Positions 41,808 to 51,806 of a stretch of 64,000 nt of DNA are shown piece by piece. Location: the NCBI GenBank assembly GCA_023420415.1, contig JAEZWF010000017.1, positions 39,501 through 103,500 on the forward strand, in the 5' to 3' direction. The notes beneath the pieces are model-generated. The model did not search any database. It was given only the letters and a program-made list of their open reading frames with translations, and had not been told where the DNA came from. Within the stretch, counting starts at the first letter, position 1; each line of letters starts with the position of its first letter. Made by a program: the position numbers and the translations under genes. This DNA comes from Actinomycetes bacterium (lineage in GTDB: Bacteria; Actinomycetota; Actinomycetes; Actinomycetales; Dermatophilaceae).

Positions 41808-43936
41808 CCCTGGAAGTACTGCGTTCGGCGGCCACGCTGCTCGTTCTCGACACGACCGGCACCGGGCTCCCGCGGGTGCTGCACTGGGGCGCCGACCTGC
41901 CCGATGCAGCCGTCGAGTCCCTGCCGCTGCTCAGCCAGGGGCCTGTGCCGCCGAACGCCCTGGATGAGCCGTGGCCGCTGACGCTGCTGCCCACCTCCGC
42001 GGATGGCTGGCTCGGCACGCCCGGGTATGCCGCGCACCGCGGCGGGGGCTCGACCGACCCCCGGTGGCGCGTGGAGACGTCCCGGACGGGCGAGCGCGAG
42101 GTGACGTCGACGGCATACGAGGACGGGGTGGAGGTGCGACTCACGGTGGCGCTGGACGAGCACGGCGTGCTCACGGTCGGTTCGTCCGTCACCAACACGG
42201 GCGACTCCACTCTCGACGTGGCCGCGTTGCGCGCCGTCATGCCGCTGCCGTCACGCGCGAGCGAGGTGCTCGACCTGACCGGTCGGTGGTGCCGCGAGCG
42301 CTCGCCGCAGCGGTCGCTGCTGCAGCAGGGCACGCACCTGCGCGCGTCGCGGCGGGGCCGGACGGGGCACGACGCGACGCTGCTCCTGGTCGCGGGCACG
42401 CCCGGGTTCGACTTCGGTCACGGCGAGGTGTGGGCGACGCACGTCGCGTGGAGCGGAAACCACGAGCACCTCCTCGAGCGGCTCCCCGACGGGGCCGGCA
42501 TGCACGAAGGCGTGCTCGGGGGTGGCGAGCTGCTCGAGGCGGGTGAGGTGCGGCTGGCACCGAGCGAGACGTATGCCGCGCCGCAGGTCGTCTTCGTGCA
42601 CGCCACGGATGGCCTCGACGGGTTGTCGCGACGGCTGCACCGCCGTCAGCGCGCGCTTCGTGAACGCGCCACTGGCGCAAGGCCTTTGGTGCTCAACACC
42701 TGGGAGGCCGTCTACTTCGAGCACGACCTGCCCACCCTCAAACGGCTGGCCGACACCGCGGCCCGGGTCGGGGTTGAGCGGTTCGTCCTCGACGACGGCT
42801 GGTTCGGCGGACGGCGTGATGACCACCGCGGCTTGGGTGACTGGGTCGTCTCCGGCGAGGTGTGGCCGGATGGGCTCGAACCCCTTGTGCGGCACGTCAA
42901 GGGGTTGGGCATGGAGTTCGGGCTGTGGTTCGAGCCGGAGATGGTCAACGAGGACTCCGACCTCGTGCGCGTCCACCCCGACTGGGTGCTGGGCCCCCGC
43001 GCCGGACGGCCGCGCGAGTCACGGCACCAGCAGGTGCTCGACCTCGCGAACCCCGACGCGGCGGCGCATGTCGAGGGCCAGATCAGCGCGCTCGTCGGCA
43101 GGCTCGGCATCGACTTCATCAAGTGGGACCACAACCGCGACCTGCACGAGGCTGTCCGCACCGACGACCGGGGGGCCGACCGGCCCGCGGTGCACGAGCA
43201 GACGGTCGCGTTCTACGCCTTGCTGGACCGGCTCCGTGCAGCCCACCCGAGCCTGGAGATCGAGTCGTGCTCCAGCGGCGGCGGCCGGGTCGACCTCGGG
43301 GTGCTGGCACACACCGACCGCATCTGGACCAGCGACTGCAACGACCCCATCGAGCGCGTGCAGATCCAGCGCTGGACCTCGCTGCTGGTGCCGGCCGAGA
43401 CCATGGGCACCCACATCGGCCCGGCGACGGCCCACACGACCCACCGCACCACCGACCTCGGATTCCGGATGCTCGTTGCGCTCCAAGGACATTCGGGCCT
43501 GGAGTGGGACATCACCCAGTGCACTGACGACGAGCTCGAGGCACTGAGCCGGTGGTCGGCCCTCTACCGCGAGCTGCGTCCGCTGTTCCACTCCGGCGAC
43601 CTCGTCCGCGACACCGCCGACGACGACACCATCCTGGTCACCGGCACGGTCGCGACCGACCGCAGCCACGCGGCATACACGGTGTTGCGCACCGAGACGG
43701 GCCCGCAGGCGGTGCCCGGACTCGTGCGCCTGCGCGGCCTCGACCCCGACCGCTCGTATGCCGTGCGCGTGCGTCCCGAAGCCGGCCTGCCTCACGTCGT
43801 GCAGCACGTCGAGCCGGCGTGGTGGGGGCAGGCGTTGGCTGGTGAGCTGACGCTCAGCGGTGCGGTGCTCGGTGAGGTCGGGTTGCCGATGCCGGTGCTG
43901 GCGCCGGCCCAGGGCTTCCTGCTCGAGCTGACGTGA
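41804..43936 (+). CDS. Alpha-galactosidase (GH36)
   Basis: LNTWEAVYF, FVLDDGWFG.R, FGLWFEPEMVN, IKWDHNR, IESCSSGGGR.D, WTSDCND. Confidence 0.95.
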   Translation: MTLEVLRSAATLLVLDTTGTGLPRVLHWGADLPDAAVESLPLLSQGPVPPNALDEPWPLTLLPTSADGWLGTPGYAAHRGGGSTDPRWRVETSRTGEREVTSTAYEDGVEVRLTVALDEHGVLTVGSSVTNTGDSTLDVAALRAVMPLPSRASEVLDLTGRWCRERSPQRSLLQQGTHLRASRRGRTGHDATLLLVAGTPGFDFGHGEVWATHVAWSGNHEHLLERLPDGAGMHEGVLGGGELLEAGEVRLAPSETYAAPQVVFVHATDGLDGLSRRLHRRQRALRERATGARPLVLNTWEAVYFEHDLPTLKRLADTAARVGVERFVLDDGWFGGRRDDHRGLGDWVVSGEVWPDGLEPLVRHVKGLGMEFGLWFEPEMVNEDSDLVRVHPDWVLGPRAGRPRESRHQQVLDLANPDAAAHVEGQISALVGRLGIDFIKWDHNRDLHEAVRTDDRGADRPAVHEQTVAFYALLDRLRAAHPSLEIESCSSGGGRVDLGVLAHTDRIWTSDCNDPIERVQIQRWTSLLVPAETMGTHIGPATAHTTHRTTDLGFRMLVALQGHSGLEWDITQCTDDELEALSRWSALYRELRPLFHSGDLVRDTADDDTILVTGTVATDRSHAAYTVLRTETGPQAVPGLVRLRGLDPDRSYAVRVRPEAGLPHVVQHVEPAWWGQALAGELTLSGAVLGEVGLPMPVLAPAQGFLLELT

Positions 43937-43966
43937 CTGCTTGCGGGCGGGCCTAGCATCGGTCGC

Positions 43967-44527
43967 ATGCTGGTCTACTCGATGGGTCCCTCGGCGGACG
44001 GGTACGTCATGGACCGGGAGGGCGCCTTCGACTGGGGCGCGCCGGACGCTGAACAGTTCCGGTTCCACGTCGAGCAGACGCGGGCGCTCGGCGCACACCT
44101 GTTGGGGCGCAAGCTCTACGAGACCATGCAGGTCTGGGAGACCGACCCCTCGGTGCGGGGCACCCACGACGAGGCCGAGTTCGCGGAGCTCTGGGTCGCG
44201 TTGCCCAAGATCGTGTTCAGCCGCACCCTCGAGCGGGTCGACGGTAGCAACGCCCGGCTCGCGGAGGGGTCGCTGGCGGAGGAGGTAGAGCGGGTCCTCG
44301 CGTCGACCGACAAGCCCGTCGGGATCGGCGGGGCGACGCTCGCTGCCGAGGCGATCGGGCTGGGGCTGGTGGACGAGTACCACGTGTTCCGCAACCCGGT
44401 GCTAGTGGGCGGGGGGACGCCCTACTTCCCTGCGGTCGATGAACGGATCGAGCTCGAGCTGATCGAGACGAGGACGTTCGCCGGCCGAGTCGTCTTCGAA
44501 CGCTACGCCCGCGCCCGCTCGACCTGA
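43967..44527 (+). CDS. Dihydrofolate reductase / RibD C-terminal family protein
   Basis: S.DGY, LLGRKLYE.M..W, PKIVFSRTL, GGATLA, LVDEY, PVLVGGGTPYF. Confidence 0.88.
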   Translation: MLVYSMGPSADGYVMDREGAFDWGAPDAEQFRFHVEQTRALGAHLLGRKLYETMQVWETDPSVRGTHDEAEFAELWVALPKIVFSRTLERVDGSNARLAEGSLAEEVERVLASTDKPVGIGGATLAAEAIGLGLVDEYHVFRNPVLVGGGTPYFPAVDERIELELIETRTFAGRVVFERYARARST

Positions 44528-44608
44528 GGCCGAGGCCGGGCTGCCGCGACGTGCCGACGGGCTACCACTAGCAGCCGCTCTCGTGCCCTCTGTCGCGCCT
44601 AGGATCAG

Positions 44609-44797
44609 GTGACCGAGAGGCGGCGTCGCTGGGGATTCATCGCAGGGATCTATCTACTGTGTGTGGTCGCCGGATTCCTCATCAATGTGTTCGCGCTGCA
44701 TCGCAGTGGGTGGGAAGCGCTGGCCTCCGCCGCGATCATCTCTCCAGGGCCAGCACTCGCGACCCTCACGGCCGACAGCTGGAAGCGCCGTGAGTGA
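44609..44797 (+). CDS. Small hypothetical membrane protein
   Basis: 62-aa ORF with two hydrophobic segments; no family recognised. Confidence 0.45.
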   Translation: MTERRRRWGFIAGIYLLCVVAGFLINVFALHRSGWEALASAAIISPGPALATLTADSWKRRE

Positions 44798-44927
44798 GCC
44801 GAACGACTGGATCGCTGCGGGAGCCCTAACCATCCCGTTCCTGCTGTACGTCTGGCTACGAAACACCCAAATCCGCGCCGTGCTGGCTGAGCTGCGTCGC
44901 CGCCGTGGACGACCTGGTGGGCACTGA
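44790..44927 (+). CDS. Possible small membrane peptide
   Basis: GTG start overlapping the previous stop; one hydrophobic segment and a basic tail (45 aa). Confidence 0.3.
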   Translation: MSEPNDWIAAGALTIPFLLYVWLRNTQIRAVLAELRRRRGRPGGH

Positions 44928-44963
44928 CCTGCGTCTGCGCCGGTCTCCTGTGAAAATGCCGCA

Positions 44964-45650
44964 GTGGGAGAGTTGTTGGTCGCGCACGTGCTGTGGCTGC
45001 TTGGGCAGGATGACCAATGGCTGCGACCCCGCGCGGCCGCGATGCCGGTAGCCCTGGCGGCAGGAGCGCTGGTCGACGTCGTCGACGCTGGAGCTGGCAA
45101 ATGGGTGGACGGCGCGGCCACCACAGCTGTGGAGCTCTCAACCTCACATGAGGCTGCTGGCCTCGTCGGACATTGGGCGGGACGGTTGCAGGGTGCGACG
45201 AGGAGTGGCTCGCTCACCGTCATGCACGCCATCAACGCCCTGGCACCCGACCTGTGGGACGCAGTGGGCGCGGACCTGGCCACACAGGGCGAGGCGAGCA
45301 ACGTGCCACGACCGATTCGCCGATGGCTGCCGCCCCGACGTCGACCCAACGAGGCGACCGCGCGTCAGGTCCGGGACCAGCTGCGCGAGGTCATCGAAGG
45401 CACCCGGTCACCGACACCACGGGACGAGGGAGTCCTGGCCGTCGCCTCCTGCGCCGGCGTGGTCGAACACATCATGAGTTCCACGGCGTTCACCGACCAC
45501 GCCGCACTGGCGCCCACGCGAGCCCTTCTCGAGGGCAGCCGGCTCGTCGCCCGTCTGACGCCGGCCGTGCCATACCTCGTCAGCCTCGGTCCGACCATAG
45601 GGCTGCCGACAGGGACCGGTGTCCCGGGCGCAGGTTCGGGAGGGCAGTGA
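44964..45650 (+). CDS. GPP34/GOLPH3-like hypothetical protein
   Basis: L.LL..D...ALAAGALVD.. pattern, V..DL..QG, VRDQLREVI.G...P..RD; weak resemblance only. Confidence 0.5.
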   Translation: MGELLVAHVLWLLGQDDQWLRPRAAAMPVALAAGALVDVVDAGAGKWVDGAATTAVELSTSHEAAGLVGHWAGRLQGATRSGSLTVMHAINALAPDLWDAVGADLATQGEASNVPRPIRRWLPPRRRPNEATARQVRDQLREVIEGTRSPTPRDEGVLAVASCAGVVEHIMSSTAFTDHAALAPTRALLEGSRLVARLTPAVPYLVSLGPTIGLPTGTGVPGAGSGGQ

Positions 45651-45767
45651 GCCACCTCGGGCCGACAGTCTGGACCGGCGTCCCCCTTACAGCACTATCA
45701 CCATGCCGCGGCGGCCAGCCGTTTTCTCACCTGTGCGAGGCTGGTGTTACAGTTTCGTCCGCATCAA

Positions 45768-45842
<75 letters not shown>

Positions 45843-45843
45843 G

Positions 45844-45886
45844 ATGTGAAGAGGGCCGGACAGGACTTGTCCGGCCCTCTTCACAT
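45844..45886. terminator. Hairpin downstream of tRNA-Ala
   Basis: ATGTGAAGAGGGCCGGACA-GGACT-TGTCCGGCCCTCTTCACAT, 19-bp stem. Confidence 0.85.
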
Positions 45887-45958
45887 GCATCCGGACGCCC
45901 AGGCGCCCGCTCGGCGATGCCGGCTCATCGGCCGTCCTGCCGCGGTAGCCCTCGCGGG

Positions 45959-46762
45959 TCAGCTCACTGCGGCGCGCAGCACGGTCGTGTCCGAGTCGGC
46001 CAGCCGGATCTCCAGCGACGCGATCTGGGCCACGTCGAGGTCGGAGACGGCCACGGGGTGCATGACCGTGTCGGGTTGGGCGGTCCACGCCTTGACCTGG
46101 GTGCCGCGTCCGGCACGGTCCAGTACCCACAGGGAGTATCGAGGCCCCGCTCCGCCGCTGTAGCGCGCGGAGCCACCGCCCGATCGGCCCGTGGAGTCGT
46201 CCGCCGAACCCGTCGTCGAGCCGTCCGTCCAGTACTGGCACTCGATCCGCAGCTCGGTCCCCTGCCGCAACGGCACCACGTCGACCACGGCCGTCATGGG
46301 GATGTCGTCGGCCACGGGTGCAAACGCCATCCGCTGTGGCGCCGCCAGCACGACCCCAGCCCCGTCCCCCTCACCGGCACCTTCGGAGCCGCGCTGCGAC
46401 ACGGCATACCCGGCGACGCCGCCGATGAGCAGGGCGACGGCCGCGGCGGCCACCGGCGCCATCCACCGTCGCCGCGACCCCAACCGCGACCCAGCCGAGG
46501 CCCCGGGTCCCACCACCCGCGGCAGCTCGGGCATCAGCGATGCCGGTGGCTCCGCCAGCGTCTCCTCGCCCGACCCGAGCGCGAGCGCCTCCGCCGGGGG
46601 CACCTGGGCGAGCAGTCCCGGCATACCGGCGATCTCGGCGACCGCCGCGCGACAGGACGCGCACCCGGCGAGGTGGTCCTCGAAGCGCGCCCGCTCAGCG
46701 GCGCTCAGCGCCCCCAGCACGTATGCCGCGTCCCACTGCGCAAACTCGTCACGCGGGCTCAT
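45959..46762 (-). CDS. Zinc-binding membrane anti-sigma factor (RslA-like)
   Basis: WDAAYVLGALS..ER..FE.HL.GC.SCR, one transmembrane segment, extracytoplasmic domain. Confidence 0.88.
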   Translation of the reverse strand: MSPRDEFAQWDAAYVLGALSAAERARFEDHLAGCASCRAAVAEIAGMPGLLAQVPPAEALALGSGEETLAEPPASLMPELPRVVGPGASAGSRLGSRRRWMAPVAAAAVALLIGGVAGYAVSQRGSEGAGEGDGAGVVLAAPQRMAFAPVADDIPMTAVVDVVPLRQGTELRIECQYWTDGSTTGSADDSTGRSGGGSARYSGGAGPRYSLWVLDRAGRGTQVKAWTAQPDTVMHPVAVSDLDVAQIASLEIRLADSDTTVLRAAVS

Positions 46763-47301
46763 GGTCGCGTCACCCCCTTCTCCTGCAACGCCAGGCGCAG
46801 GCTGCGCAGCCCGTAGTGCAGGCGCGACTTCACGGTGCCCTCCGGCACCTGGAGGTCGGCGGCGATCTCCGCGACGGAGCGCCCCTCGTAGTAGGCGGCG
46901 GTGATGACCCGGCGGTGGTCGTTCGACACCTGCGCCAACCCGTCCGTGATCAGCCACCGGTCGAGGACCTCGACCGCATGGTCCGGCTCGACCACCTCCG
47001 GCGGCTCCACCCCGGCCAGCTCGTGGCGCGACGCGGCACTGCGCCACCGGTCGACGACGAGGTTGCGCACGACGGTGAACAGCCAGGCGCGATGCTGCGG
47101 CTCGGTGCGCGTGGCCAGCTGCGGGTCGCGCCAAGCCCGCAGCAGCGACTCCTGCACGACGTCCTCGGCGACCTGGGCGTCCCGCGTCAGCCGCAGGGCG
47201 AACCGCCACAGCTCGGCGGCGTGCCGGTCGTGCAGAGCCTGCAGCACGGCCTCGCGCTGGTCCGCCTCCACCGCCACTCCTTCGCCCGTCCCTGCCGCCA
47301 T
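46759..47301 (-). CDS. ECF sigma factor (SigL-like; start uncertain)
   Basis: AEDVVQESLLRAW, RAWLFTV.RNLVVD.WRS, PEGTVKSRLHYGLR.LRL.LQE.GVT. Confidence 0.9.
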   Translation of the reverse strand: MAAGTGEGVAVEADQREAVLQALHDRHAAELWRFALRLTRDAQVAEDVVQESLLRAWRDPQLATRTEPQHRAWLFTVVRNLVVDRWRSAASRHELAGVEPPEVVEPDHAVEVLDRWLITDGLAQVSNDHRRVITAAYYEGRSVAEIAADLQVPEGTVKSRLHYGLRSLRLALQEKGVTRP

Positions 47302-47393
47302 CGCCACTCGGTCACCGTCCCCGCCCGCACCTGATCTTCCCGCCACACCCCTCACCGGGAAAGGACGACGCAGCCGCCCCGAGAGTTCATGGC

Positions 47394-47420
47394 TGAACCA
47401 CAGGAGCTCCCGCTACGTTC
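47394..47420 (+). promoter_or_regulatory. SigL-type ECF promoter for the divergent membrane protein gene
   Basis: TGAACC-N16-CGTTC, with the ATG 7 bp downstream (leaderless geometry). Confidence 0.65.
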
Positions 47421-47427
47421 CCCGGTC

Positions 47428-47865
47428 ATGGAGATCAACGGCCTGCCGGCCCACCCGCTGCTGGTCCACCTCGTCGTCGTGCTGCTCCCCCTCACCGCCC
47501 TCGCGGCGATCCTCGTCAGCCTGTGGCCGGCGGCGCAGCGCAAGCTCACCTTCCTCGTCCCGCTCGGCGCGGTCATCGGCGCCGTCGCGGTCCCCATCAC
47601 CACGAGGGCGGGCGAGAGCCTTGCCGACAGCATGGGCAACCCGCCGTTCATCTCCCAGCACGAGGAGTACGGCGAGAAGGTCCTTCCCTGGGCCGTTGCG
47701 CTGGCCGTGACGACGATCGCGCAGTGGCTCTACCTGCGCCGCGGCGACGCCAAGCTGGTGCGAATCCTGTTGTCCCTGGCCGTGATCGCGACTGCGGCGG
47801 GCACGACGCTCTACGTGTTCCTCACTGGCGACTCCGGCGCGCGGGCCGTGTGGGAGTCGAAGTAG
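47428..47865 (+). CDS. DUF2231-like membrane protein
   Basis: GLPAHPLLVH.VVVLLP, ..H.EYG, GDSGARAVW. Confidence 0.8.
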   Translation: MEINGLPAHPLLVHLVVVLLPLTALAAILVSLWPAAQRKLTFLVPLGAVIGAVAVPITTRAGESLADSMGNPPFISQHEEYGEKVLPWAVALAVTTIAQWLYLRRGDAKLVRILLSLAVIATAAGTTLYVFLTGDSGARAVWESK

Positions 47866-47875
47866 ACGCTGGCGC

Positions 47876-48898
47876 TCAGGCGCCCGCGACGCGACGCTCG
47901 GGCAGCTGGGTCGCTGCATCGTCCGCGGTGTCGGCGTACTCGGTGTCCGCATCGCCCACGAGGTCGGCCGAGGTCGGCGCCGGACGGGTCGCGCGCGCCT
48001 TCATCGTGTAGGTCGGGCGCGGGACCGGCACCGGGTCCCACGTGAGCGGGATGTCGTCCTCGTCGACCAGGGGGACGGGCGGGTATGCCGCGGGTGCGGC
48101 TTCGGCGGCCGGGGTCGCCTCCGCGGGCGCCGGCGTCTGGGTGGCAACCGGGGCCGGCTGCTCGACCGCGTGGATGTCGTAGAGGTCCGTGGTTCGTGGC
48201 GCCGCCACCTCGGGAGTCGTGACCTCGTGCTCGGCGGCGACCGGCACGACCGGCACGACCGGCGCGGCAGGCGCAGTCACAGCGGGCGCCTCGCGTACCA
48301 CCCGTACAGCAGGACGAGGCGCCGGACGCCGCGAGGCCGCCCTGGCGAGGCGCGCGCTCTGCACGGTGTGCCGCACCCAGAAGAACGAGCCGACACCGGC
48401 AGCCAGCGGAAGCACCGCGGCCCACCACGGCAGGACCGAGAAGGCAGCCAGCGCGCCCACGACGACGAAGGTCACGAGCGAGCCGAGCAGGGCGAGCCCG
48501 GGCGCACGGCTCGGACCCGCGGCGACGGCAGGGGCCTCGCGGCGCGGCGGACGCGCCGTGGCAGCAGCTGGCGTCGCCGCACCCGCACCAAGGGGCGCAG
48601 ACTCACCCATCGATGACGGCGCCTCGAAGGCGACCGGGGTCTCGGCGCGCTTGACGAGGATCTGGGGGCGCGACGCCCGAGCCGGGCTCACGGCATACGA
48701 CTCGCGACGCGGGCTCGACAGGTCGGTCGCGGGCAGCGGGCTGCGCCGCTCGAGGACGCGCATCGACTCGGAGAACTGGTCGACGGACCGGGCGGTGGCG
48801 AGGTGCTCGCGGCGGCGCACCCAGTACTGGATGAAATAGGCAGCCCAGACACCGATGATGACCACGAAGATGAGAGAGCTGAGACCGCCGGGCTGCAC
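47876..48898 (-). CDS. GlpR/SepX-like membrane protein
   Basis: SSLIFVVI...WAAY....W.RR......SVD.FS.SMRVL N-terminus, two more hydrophobic segments, W.PVPVP.PTY; position next to rimJ-moeA. Confidence 0.7.
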   Translation of the reverse strand: MQPGGLSSLIFVVIIGVWAAYFIQYWVRRREHLATARSVDQFSESMRVLERRSPLPATDLSSPRRESYAVSPARASRPQILVKRAETPVAFEAPSSMGESAPLGAGAATPAAATARPPRREAPAVAAGPSRAPGLALLGSLVTFVVVGALAAFSVLPWWAAVLPLAAGVGSFFWVRHTVQSARLARAASRRPAPRPAVRVVREAPAVTAPAAPVVPVVPVAAEHEVTTPEVAAPRTTDLYDIHAVEQPAPVATQTPAPAEATPAAEAAPAAYPPVPLVDEDDIPLTWDPVPVPRPTYTMKARATRPAPTSADLVGDADTEYADTADDAATQLPERRVAGA

Positions 48899-48908
48899 GA
48901 ATACGACG

Positions 48909-49571
48909 TTAGGTGCCGTGCGTGCTGCTCCCGGGGACGTGCGGCGGTGTGTCGCCAATGTGACTGGTGTGATTGGTGTGCAATCGCTCGAGCAGGGTGC
49001 GTCCGCCGAGGTCGTCGGTCGTCAGGGCGAACGACCGGTGGTCGCGCCAGCGACCGGCGATGTGCAGGTATGCCGCCCGCGTCCCCTCCTCGCGGAAGCC
49101 CAGCTTGCGCACGACGGCGAGGCTGCGCGCGTTCTCGGGCCTGATGTTGACCTCGAGCCGGTGCAGGCCGAGCGTGGAGAACGCGTGGTCCCCGGCCAGG
49201 GCCAGCGCGGTCGGCGCGATGGCGTGTCCGGCCACGCGCTCGTCGATCCAGTAGCCCGCCGCCGCGGACAGCAGCGACCCCCAGCTGATGCCGAACAGCA
49301 CCATCTGTCCCACCAACCGACCCTCGAACCGGATCGTGAACGGTGCCATCCGCCCGGCGCGCGCCTCGCGGTTGTAGTGGCGCACGAGCCCGGCGAACGA
49401 CACGGCCGGCTGCCCGGGACCCGGCGCCGTCGCCTCCCAGGGGCCCAGCCACTCGCGGTTGCGGGCGCGCACCTCGACCCACTCGCGCTTGTCGCGGCGC
49501 CGCAGCGCATCGAGCGTCACGGGCTCCCCGGCGGGCGTCTCGCCGTGCACCGCGGCCGGCCAGACCGACAT
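48909..49571 (-). CDS. GNAT N-acetyltransferase (RimJ-like)
   Basis: NREWL.PWEAT, GYWID, LHRLEVNIRPEN..S..V..KLGFREEG, YLHI.G.WRDH. Confidence 0.9.
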   Translation of the reverse strand: MSVWPAAVHGETPAGEPVTLDALRRRDKREWVEVRARNREWLGPWEATAPGPGQPAVSFAGLVRHYNREARAGRMAPFTIRFEGRLVGQMVLFGISWGSLLSAAAGYWIDERVAGHAIAPTALALAGDHAFSTLGLHRLEVNIRPENARSLAVVRKLGFREEGTRAAYLHIAGRWRDHRSFALTTDDLGGRTLLERLHTNHTSHIGDTPPHVPGSSTHGT

Positions 49572-50095
49572 CAGTGGTCGCCGCCCCGGACCTGCGAGAT
49601 CGCGTGGGCGACAACGGGTTCCAGCACCTCGAGCGCGTCCTTCACCCCACCACTCGAGCCGGGCAGGTTGACGACCAGGGTGGTGCCTGCGAGCCCGGCC
49701 AGCCCACGCGAGAGCATCGCGGTCGGCACGCCCTTGGCGACACCGGCCGCGCGGATCGCCTCGGCAATGCCTGGCACCTCGCGGTCGAGCAGCGCCCTGG
49801 TGGCCTCCGGCGTGCCGTCAGTGGGCGACAACCCGGTGCCACCGGTCGTGACCACGAGGTCTGGCCGTGCGGCGACGGCGGCGGAGAGCGCCTCGTCCAC
49901 CTCGGGACCGTCGGGCACCACGGTGGGGTCGTCAGCCTCGAACCCCCACTGCCGCAACGCCTCGACGACGAGAGGACCGCCCCGGTCGGGGTAGACGCCG
50001 GTCGCCGCCCGCGTCGAGCAGGTGATGACGACGGCACGGTATGCCGGCTGGCTGCCGTGCCGTTCAGGGGCGGGGTCGCCGGTGGGCTCGTTCAC
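49571..50095 (-). CDS. MogA/MoaB molybdopterin adenylyltransferase
   Basis: TTGGTGLSPTD.TPEAT, LSRG.AG, VNLPGS. Confidence 0.92.
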   Translation of the reverse strand: MNEPTGDPAPERHGSQPAYRAVVITCSTRAATGVYPDRGGPLVVEALRQWGFEADDPTVVPDGPEVDEALSAAVAARPDLVVTTGGTGLSPTDGTPEATRALLDREVPGIAEAIRAAGVAKGVPTAMLSRGLAGLAGTTLVVNLPGSSGGVKDALEVLEPVVAHAISQVRGGDH

Positions 50096-50583
50096 GACTC
50101 GCTCCAGTCGCCGGAGCGCCCGCCGGACTTGGCGGTGACGCGGACGTCGGTGATGCGCGCGTGCTTGTCGACGGCCTTGACCATGTCGATGAGGGCGAGG
50201 GCCGCGACCGCGACCGCTGTGAGCGCCTCCATCTCGATGCCGGTGCGATCGGCGGTGCGCACGGTGGCGGTGATGTCGACCGCGTCGTCGGCGACGGCCA
50301 GGTCGACCTCGACACCGTGGACCGCGATGGGGTGGGCCAGCGGGATCAGCTCGGGTGTGCGCTTCACGGCCTGGATGCCCGCGATCCGCGCGACCGCGAG
50401 GGCGTCGCCCTTGGGCACGTCACCGCCCCGCAGGGCGGCAATGGCGTTGGCGGACAACAGGACTCGGCCGGCTGCGCTGGCCTGGCGGGCGGTCACCTGC
50501 TTGGTGGACACGTCCACCATGTGCGCGGACCCGTCGGCCCGCACGTGCGTCAGCTCGGTGGGCTCCTCGCGGCCGCTGTTCAT
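50092..50583 (-). CDS. moaC: Cyclic pyranopterin monophosphate synthase
   Basis: LTHV...G.AHMVDVS.K, KGD.L.VARIAGI.A.K.T.ELIPL.HP, TGIEMEAL, K.GGRSG. Confidence 0.95.
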   Translation of the reverse strand: MNSGREEPTELTHVRADGSAHMVDVSTKQVTARQASAAGRVLLSANAIAALRGGDVPKGDALAVARIAGIQAVKRTPELIPLAHPIAVHGVEVDLAVADDAVDITATVRTADRTGIEMEALTAVAVAALALIDMVKAVDKHARITDVRVTAKSGGRSGDWSES

Positions 50584-50585
50584 GA

Positions 50586-51806
50586 TCACTGCCCCTCCCG
50601 TCCGAGCAGGGGCAGGCACTCGATGGGGTCACCGGGCTGCACCTGGGTGACGTCCTCGGGGATCACGGCGAGCGCGTCGGCGGCGGCCAGGGCGCCGAGC
50701 ATGTGCGACCCCTGGCCCCCGGCGAGCCGGGCCTGGTCGTCCTCGAGGGTCACGCGCAGGAACTCCATCTTCCCGGGCACCGAGGTCATCGGCTCGGCGG
50801 CCACAGCCGGCAGGTAACCGGGTGGGAAGGACGGTTCGGGCCGCCCGGCCATCGCCCGCAGCGCAGGTGCCACGAACACGTGGAACGACACCAGGGCGCT
50901 GACCGGGTTGCCGGGCAAGGTGAAGACGGGCACCGCGTCCTCGCCGAGCGTCCCGAAACCCTGCGGCATACCGGGGCGCATGGCGACCTTGTCGAACTGG
51001 ACCGTGCCCACGCGCGAGAGCACCTCCTTGACCGTGTCGAAGGCGCCCATGGACACCCCGCCGGTCGTGATGATCGCGTCAGCCCGCACCAGCTGTCCCT
51101 CTAGGGTCTCCATCAGCTCGCGCGCGTCGTCCCGCACACCGCCGACGCGGTAGGGCGTGGCACCGACTGCGGTGACGGCCGCGGTGAGCATGACCGAGTT
51201 GGAGTCCACGATCTGACCGAAGCCGGGCTGCCGGCCCACCTCGACGAGCTCGTCACCCGTCGACAGCACGACGACCCGGGGCCGCGGCGCGACCCGCACG
51301 CGGGCGACGCCGGACGCGGCGAGCAGGGCGATCTGGCCCGGACCGAGCAGGGTGCCCGCACGCAGGACCACCGTGCCGGCCTCGACGTCCTCACCTGCTT
51401 CGCGCACGTGCTGGCCGACGACCGACGCCTTGCGCACCTCGACGCGCACGACCCCACCGTCGGTGGCCTCGACCGGCACCACGGCGTCGGCGCCGCGCGG
51501 CATCGGGGCACCGGTCATGATCCGCATGGTCTGCCCGTCGGCCAGCGAGAGGGCGGCCGTGTTCCCGGCGGCGATGTCGTTGACCACCGGCAGCACGACA
51601 GGCGACTCCGGGCTCGCGCCGGCCACGTCACTGGCGTGGACGGCATACCCGTCCATGGCCGAGTTGGTGAACCCGGGCAGGGAGCCGCGCGCGGTCACGT
51701 CCTCGGCGAGGACACACCCCTGGGCGTCGAGCACCCCCAGCTCGAACGGCCGGATCACCGACACGGTGGACAGGATGCGGTCCAGGTGCTGCTCGACCGA
51801 GATCAC
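50586..51806 (-). CDS. moeA: Molybdopterin molybdotransferase (gephyrin-like)
   Basis: NSAMDGYAV, IMTGAPMP.GADAVVPVE, STGDEL, TTGGVSMG, LPGNPVS. Confidence 0.95.
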   Translation of the reverse strand: MISVEQHLDRILSTVSVIRPFELGVLDAQGCVLAEDVTARGSLPGFTNSAMDGYAVHASDVAGASPESPVVLPVVNDIAAGNTAALSLADGQTMRIMTGAPMPRGADAVVPVEATDGGVVRVEVRKASVVGQHVREAGEDVEAGTVVLRAGTLLGPGQIALLAASGVARVRVAPRPRVVVLSTGDELVEVGRQPGFGQIVDSNSVMLTAAVTAVGATPYRVGGVRDDARELMETLEGQLVRADAIITTGGVSMGAFDTVKEVLSRVGTVQFDKVAMRPGMPQGFGTLGEDAVPVFTLPGNPVSALVSFHVFVAPALRAMAGRPEPSFPPGYLPAVAAEPMTSVPGKMEFLRVTLEDDQARLAGGQGSHMLGALAAADALAVIPEDVTQVQPGDPIECLPLLGREGQ

